Shown here piece after piece: positions 10,982 to 22,420 of a stretch of DNA of 35,065 nt; position 1 is the stretch's first letter, and each line of letters begins with the position of its first letter. Both the position numbers and the translations under genes were made by a program. The notes below the pieces were generated by a model. That model ran no database searches. It saw only the letters and a list, made by a program, of their open reading frames with translations, and was not told where the DNA came from. Origin of the DNA: Octopus bimaculoides (taxonomy: Eukaryota); assembly GCF_001194135.2 (NCBI RefSeq), contig NC_068982.1, forward strand, positions 5,663,974-5,699,038, written 5' to 3'.

Positions 10982-11419
10982 AAACATATATATAAAACAA
11001 CGAAAAGGAAAGCGGCAAATGAAAAAAAAGCAACAAACTTAGGTCATTACATACACACACACACTGTGCCTGCGCGCGCGTGTGTGTGTGTCTGGTGTGC
11101 GTGCCTTGGAGCCTTTCCCTCTTTCTCTTCCTTTAAGTACATAGTATACACCAACAGAATCACCTTCCTCTGAGCAGTTTTCTACTGGTGTCTAATCTTG
11201 TTGCTTGTACGAAACTGCAACGAATTAGAACTGAATAAGTGCCGGGGTCCTGATTTCTCTGCAACCCAGAGAAGCCAACGCCAGTGCATCGTTTTATGAG
11301 CGCATAACTTCCAGGAAGCTGTTTCCCGTATGATCAACATCGAAATACCTCAGAACACATGATGGAGGAGGATGCATTCACTGCTAATTCTGTAACAGAC
11401 TTGTTCCTAGTTTGAAGTA

Positions 11420-11715
11420 AAGGCGCTTGACTCAGTAGTTTGGGGTATTCGGATCTCAACGTAAGGTGGTGAGTTCAATTCCCGTCAATGCATTATATCC
11501 TTGAGCAAGACATTTTATTTCTCGTTGCTCCAGTTCACTCAGCTGGCAAAAATTAGATGGATCTGTATTTCAAAGGGGCCAGCCTTGTCACATTCTGTGT
11601 CACGCTGAATCTCCCCGAGAACTACGTTAAGAGTACGCGTGTTTTTGGAGTGCACAGCCACTTGCACGGATCAACTGGAGCTCTCGTCGTCGCAACCGAC
11701 GGAGAGCCAGTTAGG
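11420..11715 (+). mobile_element. Degenerate tRNA-derived SINE related to family C
   Basis: B-box-like GAGTTCAATTCC. Its 3' half CAGCCTTGTCACA..TGTCACGCTGAA..CCCCGAGAACTACGTTAAG is shared with 12050-12180. Confidence 0.8.
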
Positions 11716-11835
11716 CATCTCCTAGTTTGAAAGTTTTTTTTCCTTTGTTCTCCTGTTGTACAGATTCGGTTTCATCTCTCAGCTTTCTGTTTGTTTACTC
11801 TTCTTTATTGTTTATGCCTTGTTACCATATGAGAT

Positions 11836-12540
11836 GTGGAGGCGCAATGGCCCAGTGGTTATGGCAGCGGACTCGCGGTCATAGGATCGCGGTTTCGATT
11901 CCTAGACCAGGCGTTGTGAGCGTTTATTGAGCGAAAACACCTAAAGCTTCACGAGGCTCCAGCAAGGGATGGTGGCGAACCCTGCTGTACTCTTTCACCA
12001 CAACTTTCTCTCAATCTTTCTTCCTGTTTCTGTTGTGCCTGTAATTCAAAGGGTCAGCCTTGTCACACTGTGTCACGCTGAACATCCCCGAGAACTACGT
12101 TAAGGGTACACGTTCTGTGGAGTGCTCAGCCACTTGCACGTTAATTTCACGAGCAGGCTGTTCCGTTGATCGGATCAACAGGNNNNNNNNNNGCGGTCAT
12201 AGGATCGCGGTTTCGATTCCTAGACCAGGCGTTGTGAGCGTTTATTGAGCGAAAACACCTAAAGCTTCACGAGGCTCCAGCAAGGGATGGTGGCGAACCC
12301 TGCTGTACTCTTTCACCACAACTTTCTCTCAATCTTTCTTCCTGTTTCTGTTGTGCCTGTAATTCAAAGGGTCAGCCTTGTCACACTGTGTCACGCTGAA
12401 CATCCCCGAGAACTACGTTAAGGGTACACGTTCTGTGGAGTGCTCAGCCACTTGCACGTTAATTTCACGAGCAGGCTGTTCCGTTGATCGGATCAACAGG
12501 AACCCTCGACGTCGTAAGCGACGGAGTGCCAACAACAACA
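11836..12540 (+). mobile_element. tRNA-derived SINE family C with 12-bp TSD and (CAA)n tail; the internal 308-bp repeat across a 10-N gap is probably an assembly overlap
   Basis: TSD ACCATATGAGAT at 11824-11835 and 12541-12552. A-box TGGCCCAGTGG, B-box GGTTTCGATTC. 11875-12182 equals 12193-12500. Confidence 0.9.
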
Positions 12541-12749
12541 ACCATATGAGATATTTGTCTGTACATCTTGTCCATTTGATGGTGATTATAAATTGGCACC
12601 TGAATATTCGCAGACTCTGAAAGCTTGCTCGGTGGATTGTTTTAAAAGATTATTCTCTTCTTGAAATACCTTAACCAATCTGTAGTGTGGCACTTATTTT
12701 TGATGAAAGCAACTGAATAGAGACGGCGAGGAGAGTGTTAATAAGAGAG

Positions 12750-12778
12750 GGAGGAAGAGAGAGAGAGAGAGAGTGAGT

Positions 12779-12812
<34 letters not shown>

Positions 12813-12921
12813 AAGAAAAGAGAGCGAAAGACAGTGTTCCAAGGAAAGTGAAAGTAACGGAATATACGAGGGAATGACAAAAATATTAATGGAATAAAAG
12901 GGAGAAGATACAGATTTAGTG

Positions 12922-12971
<50 letters not shown>

Positions 12972-13015
12972 TTAAAAGAAAACAACAACAACGATAAGGA
13001 TAAGAGTGAGAGAGA
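12750..13015. repeat. (GA)n-rich compound microsatellite
   Basis: Direct reading. Confidence 0.9.
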
Positions 13016-13026
13016 AAATCTAATAA

Positions 13027-13063
13027 GGCGCAGGAGTAGCTGTGTGGTAAAAGGCTTGCTCCC
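13027..13063 (+). mobile_element. SINE family B head, interrupted by a Tx1 insertion and resuming at 14687-14727
   Basis: GGCGCAGGAGTAGCTGTGTGGTAAAAGGCTTGCTCCC, then AAGAAGCTTGCTCCCTAACCACAT after the LINE. Confidence 0.75.
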
Positions 13064-14690
13064 TTCAGCTCGGCACCTGGAGGGGCAAGGCGATGGCGTC
13101 CAGTAACGTCGTGGGGCGTTGGACGGAAGGTCCTGTTAANNNNNNNNNNNNNNNNNNNNNNNNNNNNNNNNNNNNNNNNNNNNNNNNNNNNNNNNNNNNN
13201 NNNNNNNNNNNNNNNNNNNNNNNNNNNNNNNNNNNNNNNNNNNNNNNNNNNNNNNNNNNNNNNNNNNNNNNNNNNNNNNNNNNNNNNNNNNNNNNNNNNN
13301 NNNNNNNNNNNNNNNNNNNNNNNNNNNNNNNNNNNNNNNNNNNNNNNNNNNNNNNNNNNNNNNNNNNNNNNNNNNNNNNNNNNNNNNNNNNNNNNNNNNN
13401 NNNNNNNNNNNNNNNNNNNNNNNNNNNNNNNNNNNNNNNNNNNNNNNNNNNNNNNNNNNNNNNNNNNNNNNNNNNNNNNNNNNNNNNNNNNNNNNNNNNN
13501 NNNNNNNNNNNNNNNNNNNNNNNNNNNNNNNNNNNNNNNNNNNNNNNNNNNNNNNNNNNNNNNNNNNNNNNNNNNNNNNNNNNNNNNNNNNNNNNNNNNN
13601 NNNNNNNNNNNNNNNNNNNNNNNNNNNNNNNNNNNNNNNNNNNNNNNNNNNNNNNNNNNNNNNNNNNNNNNNNNNNNNNNNNNNNNNNNNNNNNNNNNNN
13701 NNNNNNNNNNNNNNNNNNNNTCTACCTTCACAAGTTAACGTCCTTAACGGACATTGGTGCATGAATCAAGCAGAGACCTAAGCTGGGAGACTGGCATTTG
13801 CTACTCTCTCGGGAGGGCAATGTCGGCAGTAGGAGTTCAACCGCGGATTTCTATAGCGGATTAGTGGAATCTATGTCAGAAAATGCCCTGGGGGAGACCC
13901 TTGGCTACGATGAAAATCAGTTGGTGAACCTATTCAGGAAAACGTTCGGGCCGGGGTATCTGGATAATTACCAGAAATCCCTGGCTTGGCAGTGCTTCCG
14001 TGCGGCGTTACCTGTTCGTGACAAGCTGTCAAGGCACAGAAGTGCCGTCTCACCGACTTGCCCGAGATGTGGGCAAGATAGGGAAACCGTCTTGCACGCA
14101 TTCGTGGAGTGTCCGGAGTAATCGGGACTGATAGCTTTTGTCGAACAACTGTTGTCAGTGATGGGAAGAGTACAGCTATCAGCTGAGTCCATCATCGAGA
14201 TTGTACCACCTCCTTTCCTTGCTTTCTCTGCGTAGTAGCCATACTGAAAGAAACAGTATGGAAGACGCATGTGAAAGTTATAGGGACAGATACCTTTGTC
14301 TCTGGCCAGGGGTTGGTTAACTTTTTTAGTTACCACCTCGGTAGTAAGATCAAGCTGGAGAAGAGGTGTCTGTCACGAAATATGTTTGTGAAAAGATAGA
14401 AGCCTGTGGTGAGCAAGCTGGGTACGATTGGCACCAGGTAAGTGAGGTCGGGTTAAAAAGTAAAGGTTCTACCCAGATGGCTGGGTGCCTTTCTTTCAAC
14501 GCTCCTCATTGCGGAACGCAGCGACTTATTCAAAATTTAAAATCTTTATTGCATATTTCATCGATTCATTTTTTCATCCGATTTGTTTGACATTTTTAAA
14601 ACGTAAAAGCTTCTTCACCCTTTATGTTTGTCTGTCCTTGTTTGTCCCCTCTCTGTAATGCCTGTATGGCAAATCTATATGAAATAAAGA
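13064..14690 (+). mobile_element. 5'-truncated L1/Tx1-clade LINE copy spanning a gap, with ~15-bp TSD
   Basis: 13064-13139 matches the reverse complement of ~4195-4270. 13798-14121 encodes LAWQCFRAALPV..CPRCGQDRETVLHAFVECP (zf-RVT-like). It ends AATAAAGAA. Confidence 0.85.
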
Positions 14691-14744
14691 AGCTTGCTCC
14701 CTAACCACATTTTCTGGGTTGAGTCCGNNNNNNNNNNAAGTAAA

Positions 14745-14808
14745 TGAGAGAAGAGAGGAAAGGATGGAGAAACAGAGAGGGAAATAAGAACGGAGACAGA
14801 AAACAGAG

Positions 14809-14866
<58 letters not shown>

Positions 14867-14977
14867 ACAAAGAGAGAGAGAGGGAGAGAGAGACAAAGAG
14901 AGAGAGAGACAAAGAGAGAGAGAAACAAAGAGAGAGAGAGACAAAGAGAGGGAGAGAGAGGGAGAGAGAGACAAAGA

Positions 14978-15053
<76 letters not shown>

Positions 15054-15413
15054 CAAAGAGAGAGACAAAGAGAGAGACAAAGAGAGAGAGAGAGAGAGAA
15101 AGAGAGAGAAAGAGAGAGAAAGAGAGAGAGGGAGATAGATAGATAGATAGATAGATCGGANNNNNNNNNNNNNNNNNNNNNNNNNNNNNNNNNNNNNNNN
15201 NNNNNNNNNNNNNNNNNNNNNNNNNNNNNNNNNNNNNNNNNNNNNNNNNNNNNNNNNNNNNNNNNNNNNNNNNNNNNNNNNNNNNNNNNNNNNNNNNNNN
15301 NNNNNNNNNNNNNNNNNNNNNNNNNNNNNNNNNNNNNNNNNNNNNNNNNNNNNNNNNNNNNNNNNNNNNNNNNNNNNNNNNNNNNNNNNNNNNNNNNNNN
15401 NNNNNNNNNNNNN

Positions 15414-15464
<51 letters not shown>

Positions 15465-15465
15465 A
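14745..15465. repeat. (GA)n / GAGAGACAAA / (GATA)n compound low-complexity tract, containing a gap
   Basis: Direct reading. Confidence 0.92.
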
Positions 15466-15964
15466 AAGCGTTGCAAGGAAACAGAGTCGAAGGAAAGTAT
15501 ACAAATGCCAGGCGTTAAAATCCGCCTGCTGTAGATTGTGCACAACAATCAAAAATACTTTAGTTGAAAGAAAACGAGACACGTTTATATTTGGTGCAAT
15601 TGACGTAAGTAAATTAAAACCACTTTTCTTCTTCAAAAACACCCAACAAATATGAAAGGATACTGGCATCAACGCAACAGATATGTCTGCAGAAAGCAGC
15701 GTCATGAAGTGTATGAGAGGAAAAAGAAAATCAAAAACACAAAGAGGGAGGCTATTTCAGTGTTAAAAACCGCTACCTCGCAGTGAATCAGACCTAGTTT
15801 GCTATTATTGAAATCTTCAATAATAAAAGCATTTTGAAAACCCCCCATTAAAAACTTTGAGAATTTTGTAGACGCTGTGGATTGTGATAACCGTTTTCTT
15901 TTTGTAAATGTTACATAATCCAAACTACTTAATAAGCAGCTTGCTTTATTACAGTATTGATAGA

Positions 15965-16460
15965 TACAGTACCGTGCAAAAGTCTTCGGCCACTTTAAAC
16001 TATTGTAAACTTCTACTAATTCCCAAGTGGATGTTTCGCATTGCATTGGCCTTATTGGAGTCATTTCCATATCTAATCGTTATATTTTATAGTAGGGCTT
16101 CTGAATGAGAGGGGACGATGCGAGACGTCCACCAAAAATGGCCATGGAAATGTTTTAGGCCACCTCACATAAACCAATCAAGATACAGTGTTTTAAAACA
16201 GAAAAATGTCTATAATGAAAATTTATTACATAATGTTCATTTCAAGAAGTTACTGTACAATGTTAATATTTCGTGTAGGCTTCCCTTAGCTTGAATAATT
16301 GTTTCAATGCGCCTGGGAAGAGATGCGTGCAAATCCTTCACTTTCTTCACAGGTATGGGATGCCATTCTCTGTGGCTGAGCATCAGACTCTTATACCCAA
16401 ACTTCATTGTTTTCGACGTGTAACGTGGGTCGTTTCGCTTTCTTGGGGGCATTCTGACAA
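15965..16460 (-). mobile_element. Internally deleted Tc1-like transposon relic
   Basis: TA + CAGTACCGTGCAAAAGT terminal-repeat-like end at 15965-15993. WHPIPVKKVKDLHASLPRRIETIIQAKG is the typical Tc1 transposase C-terminus. Confidence 0.75.
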
Positions 16461-16594
16461 ATTCTTGCTTATTAGAAAGCAGAAAAAATCCACAACCTTC
16501 GACCTCAGTAAAACATTATTGTTCCTGAAAGTCATTTTTTATATTTTCTGCTGATTGCTTGAAGTTCACCTGCTTCTTATACCCCGATCCTTGG

Positions 16595-16600
<6 letters not shown>

Positions 16601-16681
<81 letters not shown>
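16601..16681. repeat. (CA)n microsatellite
   Basis: Direct reading. Confidence 0.95.
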
Positions 16682-16687
<6 letters not shown>

Positions 16688-16706
16688 GATGTGGTGATCG
16701 GATGCC

Positions 16707-16750
16707 TCCTACTGATGAGTTCTAGTAGAATGAAACAACGTGATATGGGA
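16707..16750 (+). ncRNA. Degenerate type I hammerhead-like motif
   Basis: TCCTA / CTGATGA / GTTCT-agt-AGAAT / GAAAC...ATA / TGGGA. The 10.1-11.1 pair is G-T and the 15.2-16.2 pair is broken. Confidence 0.35.
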
Positions 16751-16869
16751 CTTGACTTCCGGCGCCCATCGCAAACCTTTTCGTTTGGTATGATCTATGT
16801 GTATACTTTTATGCACTAAGCGCCTTTATAAGAGAATCTCCGAAGGCCAATAACGTGGTATTCGGTGCT

Positions 16870-17135
16870 ATAACAAGACATCCACGTTAAATTAGTTGGA
16901 GATTACCTTTTAATACTAATACCGTTTTATGATAAGACTTAGAGCACAAGTTTAAGTCTAAGGAAACATCTAACAAATCAACTTTAGACAAATTATTGGT
17001 TACAGTAATTTTGGAGCTTAATTGATTTTTAATGAGATTTTTATGAAATTTATCGAGTGTAAGTCTATCACAGTCATGAGATATGCCCAAACGATCGTTC
17101 CGTTATAAACCAATATCATGAGATGGGAACTTCGG
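16870..17135 (-). mobile_element. Penelope-like element reverse-transcriptase fragment (decayed)
   Basis: GL*RNDRLGISH..DRL..KITVTNNLSKVDLLDVSLDL..YHK resembles the PLE YRDDGL...VDFLDVTL..PY.KP region. Confidence 0.75.
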
Positions 17136-18032
17136 TATCAGTGTATCTAATATATAGAGACCTACAAGATCACAGATGTTAGAACTGCCATCGATACGTC
17201 GAACGATTAATCTATTTCAGATATTTTAACCCAGACAAAACCCTTATAGAAGAGGAGTTTTAGAACACTAAGGACTCACTCCCACTTGTAACTGTCGAGA
17301 CCATGAAAATGAAATCACTGCAGTGTTTCAAAATAATGAAATCCAAAAGAAAAATTTACGTCGGTTTATGCGAAGGCAAGTTTGAAAACAAGATAAGCAA
17401 GCCACCAGTTTTCTTTCTGGCTCATGGACAAGAATAAAGCCATATATGGAATCTGAAGATCTGAAAATCGTAGAGAAATCTACGCCATATGTAAAAAGAT
17501 TAAAGTGATGCAAGTTATGTGCCTCACATTCTGTTTTAGATCTATGAATTCCAACACACTACTTAATTCTAGATCCCGAAATTTTTAGCAAATGCAAGCA
17601 CATGGACAAATTTCTTTCGTCGAACAAGAGAACGCCACTTTACCTGAATTGAACATGCCTCCTCCCTGTTGAATTATTCTATACCTCATATATTAATTAT
17701 GATTCTGACAGACAAAGGGAAAGCAACTCTTGGTTTTCTTTCCTCTCATTTTCCATTTTTAGTTACCTTCTATGTTCTCGTTCTGCTTTTTGTCACTCGA
17801 CGTTTTGCATTTACCCTCCTCTAGATTTTTCTCGTGTTTTCTTATAGACCAGCGTCTTTGCCCGGTTTTTCAAATAAGACCAGCCATATTGCGTATCCGA
17901 ACCCGAAGGATTGCTTGCAGCCACAAGGCATGATATATAAGTCCGCTGAATTATTGTGTTTCTACAGCATGAAACCATGAGTAGCTCGTTTTTAAAAACT
18001 GTGTCTATTAAATGATACGTACTTATATACAT

Positions 18033-18034
<2 letters not shown>

Positions 18035-18084
<50 letters not shown>
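18035..18084. repeat. (CA)n microsatellite
   Basis: Direct reading. Confidence 0.95.
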
Positions 18085-18087
<3 letters not shown>

Positions 18088-18244
18088 GTTGGAAAATACG
18101 AAAACTAAAAGAAGCAATGCTAGGACACAACAACCTCCAAAGCAGACCGAGTGCAGATATGAGTAGCATATGGGAACCGGTATTAAGGAAAGATAGGAAA
18201 ATATTTGACTTTTAAGCCCTATAATTCACTCCATAATTGCCCAC

Positions 18245-18319
18245 GGGCATATGGCGTAGTGGTTAAGAGCGCGGGCTACTAACCCCAAGATTCCGAGTTC
18301 GATTCCAGGCAGTGACCTG

Positions 18320-18354
<35 letters not shown>

Positions 18355-18500
18355 CATCGAAAAATACCTTAGGAATGAGAACCCAGGTTCGAAATTTTCC
18401 CGAGACACCTGATGAAGGCTGGAAGGTATATCAGCCGAAACGTTGTGTTAACAACAAACAAGATGAGGACAAATATCCGTCAAATGTAAATAATGTTCAT
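18245..18500 (+). mobile_element. Composite SINE-like element: tRNA-like Pol III head + (AAT)n + hammerhead-like motif + AT-rich tail
   Basis: A-box TGGCGTAGTGG 18252-18262, anticodon-like loop CTACTAA 18276-18282, B-box GTTCGATTC 18297-18305, (AAT)n 18320-18354, hammerhead 18404-18449. Confidence 0.7.
18404..18449 (+). ncRNA. Minimal type I hammerhead ribozyme motif
   Basis: Stem I GACAC/GTGTT. Core CTGATGA 18409-18415, extra A, stem II GGCTG/CAGCC with a 10-nt loop, GAAA 18437-18440, palindromic ACGT, GTT cleavage triplet ending at 18444. Confidence 0.7.
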
Positions 18501-19854
18501 ATTTAAATACTTGCACATCCGATTCTGAATTCCTTCATAACTCAAAACTAATCTCATTATGATGACATATTCAGAACCCACGGATTGAATTCATCATCAA
18601 GTTATCTATCTTCCAATTACGTACAAATTCGCTCAGCAAACTGCAGAATGGAACCATCATTTACTTCATTTCATCAACTAGCCAAATAGATGTTAATCTC
18701 ACGGTAAAGGGAACAGTGTGATTCAAATACTGTTATATTTTCTTTCTACCTTTCTCCTTTTTAGCAAATTAACAAGATTCAACTGTTGATACAGCGTTCT
18801 GATGAAGAACAAAATATTTCAATTGATTAAGTCAAAATATCTTACAGTGGCCGTAGAAATATAATCTTGTGGATACTGAATCATTTCATGCAGTCCAAGG
18901 TTATTGAAAAATGGTACTAGGAGACAAATCCGGGGTTCCTTTTCAGCTGAGCTGACTAAAGTTACGTGAAATAATGTTTTGTCAATGACATATTGTTCCA
19001 CTTAGTTCAGGAATCGTGAGACCAAAGTTCTATCCCTTGGTCCTCGCAAGTTCATTATCTCGCACACGTTCCAGTGTGTAAAGCTCCTAAGAGAAAACTC
19101 TCATTGCCCTTTTCTCCAGAGGAAGGACTGAACATGGTGCTAGCAACGCCTTCTCATAGAAAAAAACAAAAAAACAAACAAACAAACTGATATACTACTG
19201 AAACTACTCACGAATGGGAATGGCCTGATGTATAGTACACTGAATAAAAAATGTCATGTTACTATAGTAAAGACTGTTATTCTGTCAAATCAGTTAATAT
19301 AAGCTTTAAATACGGATATATTTCATTACCGAACATGCTTCCGAATAAATAAGTAACCATCTCTTGGTTCAAATATAAATCATTCTATTTATCTATGTAC
19401 ACCCAGTTTGAAATATCCACCCTTAAATGTATGCACTCATAAGCTTCGGCAAAGACCTCTATGTGTACGTAAACGCAAACAGTTACAAATACATTTTATG
19501 ATGTAGACACTTGCTCACCAACGTAAAACTGCATTTAAGCATCGAATCACGCATGCGCACATACATATATTTTCACGTGATAATAAGTATTAAATGGTAT
19601 ATAATGATGAACGCTTACTTTCTCCTCATTTTTCTTTCTTTTTCTCATTCCTTTTTCTTTTTTCTTTCTTCCTTCCTTTCATACACATATAAACATAGAA
19701 GAACATTTTATGCTACATTTTGTAAAAGATATTAGTGCAAACATCATTGAATAACATCTAAAATGCATTTAAACTTCCTGCAGTATCTTTTTCTGACCTA
19801 AATTTGGCATGTCGTCCTTGGTTAAGACATTTGAGTAATGTTTATCATACATTG

Positions 19855-20110
19855 TGGAGGCGCGTGGTTCAGCGGCTAGTGAGTTGCACACATGATCATA
19901 AGATTGTGGTTTCAATTTCCGGACCAGGCGATAAGTTGTGCTTTTGGGAAAAACACTTCATTTCTCATTGCTCTCGTTCACTCAGGTGGTAAAAGCGAGT
20001 AATTCCGCGACAGAGCGGCGACCCGTTCAGGGGTTGGATGGGGAATATATACGCCACAGAATCCGGGAAAACCCGGCGGCCTTATGAGCCTGTGACTCGG
20101 GAAGGATCTT
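19855..20110 (+). mobile_element. Degenerate tRNA-derived SINE (family C-like head, different body)
   Basis: TGGAGGCGCGTGGTTCAGCGG head, GGTTTCAATTTCC B-box-like motif, AAAACACTTCATTTCTCATTGCTC core similar to ~11505-11540. Confidence 0.7.
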
Positions 20111-20149
20111 TGTTTTTCCTTCCTTAATTATACATTAGGTTTTCGTGCC

Positions 20150-20700
20150 TTTAACCAAACTTCGGGGAACGTACCTGCCCCCGTTATCGAAGAAAACGTT
20201 ATTTTTAGACATGAAGGGCCAGTCCAGTACAAAGCGTTCAAATACTTAGGTTGCACCATCTCATATAATACACGGCTGGTCCCGGAAATCCCATACAGAA
20301 TGAACAGAGCTAGTACTTCATTTGGCAGGCTACAGGAGACGATCTGGGAATATAGGCAAGTTTCTACACGAGTCAAATGTAAGATATAACAGACTATCGT
20401 GCTTTCTTCCTTGCTGTATGGAGCTGAAACCTTGATAGTCAACAAAGCTCAAGTCGACAAGCTACAGGTATATAGGATGAGACAGCCATGGCAAATTATG
20501 AATATCACTCCGTTTGACAAGATCAAGAATGAAGTGTGCTGGTCCGTCTCCTCGTTGATAGAAATTTACGCTGGCTGGGACACGTACACAGGATGGACAA
20601 CAACAGACTCCCCAGACAAATCCTTTACTTCCGACTATGCAAAGGGAAAAGAAACCAAGGAAAACTCAGACTGAGAGTCAAAGATATTGTAAAACCCTAT
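20150..20700 (+). mobile_element. RTE-clade LINE 3' fragment (RT thumb and C-terminus)
   Basis: FKYLGCTIS...RMNRASTSFGRLQETIW...VLSSLLYGAET...RWLGHV-like...GKRNQGK motifs with stops and frameshifts. Confidence 0.85.
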
Positions 20701-21314
20701 TGCGAAGGTTAGGCCACTTGGAGGTGAAAATTTTATTAATTTCCATTTCCCTTTGATACGATTAATTATTATAAGTTTTTTGGATAATTTTTCGAATTTT
20801 AAAAGTTGGCATTTTTATTGTCAGCAAGGAGCTGCGCCTGCGCAGTAGATCTGAAAAAATTAGGATGTATAAGCGTGAGGCATGAAATTGATTACCTCGT
20901 GTTTATATATTTTAGTCTTGGGTGTACCTGTTGATAAAGACTTCACCTAGCAAGTTATTTTAAATTGCTAAAATAAGTCAGAAACCAATTTGGTCCAGGA
21001 AAGATATGGTAAAAGTTTTTATTTTTCAATTCGTTCCTTTCGGGATTTTATCCCTAATTTTGTGGTTCTAGAACCTAACAGTTCTTTCTAGCGTAAGGAA
21101 TCCAGTAAGTGGATTCCTCTTATGTATTTTAATATACACTACCTTATGAGTAATTCATAGTCTTTGGACTAAACTTTTATACGCTAGGCCACTTGGAGGT
21201 GAACATTTTATNNNNNNNNNNNNNNNNNNNNNNNNNNNNNNNNNNNNNNNNNNNNNNNNNNNNNNNNNNNNNNNNNNNNNNNNNNNNNNNNNNNNNNTAT
21301 ATATATATATATAT

Positions 21315-21520
21315 TATGTGTGTGTTTGAGTCTGTGTTTGTCCCTCCACCATCGCTTGGCAACCAATGTTGGTGCGTCTACGTTCCTGTAACCTAGCGGT
21401 TCGGCAAAAGAAATTGATAGAATAAGTACTAGGCATACAAAGAATGGGTCCTGGGATCAGTATGTTCGATGAAAGGCGGTGCTCCAGCATGGCCGCATTC
21501 AATTGACTGAAACAAGTAAA
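21315..21520 (+). mobile_element. SINE family B 3' part
   Basis: Matches ~2325-2530 (CCACCA.CGCTTG..AAC..GTTGGTG, GTAAC.TAGCGGTTC.GC.AAAGAAA, AAGGC.GTGC.CCAGCATG). Confidence 0.8.
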
Positions 21521-21536
21521 AGAATAACAGAATATA

Positions 21537-22420
21537 CAGGGGTTGGACAAAATAATGGAAACACCTAGCGTCATAGCATCATAATTTTGAAATATCTATA
21601 AAACCGTCAAAACTTGTTTATTTTTATGCTTTTTGATTTATTATTAGTGTTGCTTAATACGGTTTGCTAAAATTGCTGTTTCTTTTGAGATATCATCAGA
21701 AAAAGGTAATTAAAATTCATTAAAATGACAGATCTATTGAATTTTCAAAGAGGTCAAATTGTTGGTGCTCGTATGACAGGCGTTAGCGAAACGAAAACAG
21801 CCGAAGTGTTTGGTGTATCTAGAAGTACTTTCTCAAAAGTAATGACAACCTTTGAGAAAGAGGGACAAACCTCCTCGTCGAAACAAAATTCCGGAAGAAA
21901 ACCAAAACTTTCAGATTGGGACCGTCGGACTCATACACGAATTGTTAGAAAAGATCACAAAGGTACAGCTCCCAAAATTACTGTAGAGCTTAATGATCAC
22001 CTCGAGAACCCAGTTTCTACAAAAACTGTTCGCCGGGAGCTGCACAAAGCCGGATTTCAAGGGAGGGCTGCAATCAGAAAACCACTACTTTCAGAAACAA
22101 ACGTTGCAAAGCGTTTAGAGTGGAGTAAAAACCTATAGAATTGGTCCTTAGAGCAGTGGAAGAATGTTCTTTTCTCAGACGAGTCATCCTTTACCTTATT
22201 TCCTACCACCGGCCGAGTATACGTGCGGAGACAGCCAAAATAAGCATTTAACCCAGACTGCTTTCTTCCAACTGTAACACACGGAGGAGGATCTGTGATG
22301 ATCTGGCGGGGTAGGGGAGGCTATATCTTGCAAATCCCCTGGCCCAATGGCTTCCCTTCATGGCAGAATTAATAGTCAAGATTATTTAAGCATTTTATCT
22401 GATCAAATTCATCATATAGT
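21537..22420 (+). mobile_element. Tc1-family DNA transposon, left end and 5' two-thirds of transposase (pseudogene)
   Basis: TA + CAGGGGTTGGACAAAATAATGGAAACAC TIR-like end. ORF 21725-22138 has paired HTH, GRKPKL and KPLL, continuing past stops to WKNVLFSDES and HGGGSVMIW. Confidence 0.92.

Noticed and set aside
17765-17975. Exon-like segment with open frames and splice-like signals on both strands
   Set aside because: Several incompatible readings fit equally well and no protein is recognised.
18245-18317. Possible true tRNA gene (anticodon-like ACT)
   Set aside because: The anticodon stem has only 3 bp and the acceptor and T stems have mismatches. This fits a SINE head better.
21670-21705. 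Minus-strand CTGATGA...GAAAC inside the Tc1 leader
   Set aside because: No stem II pairing; chance match.
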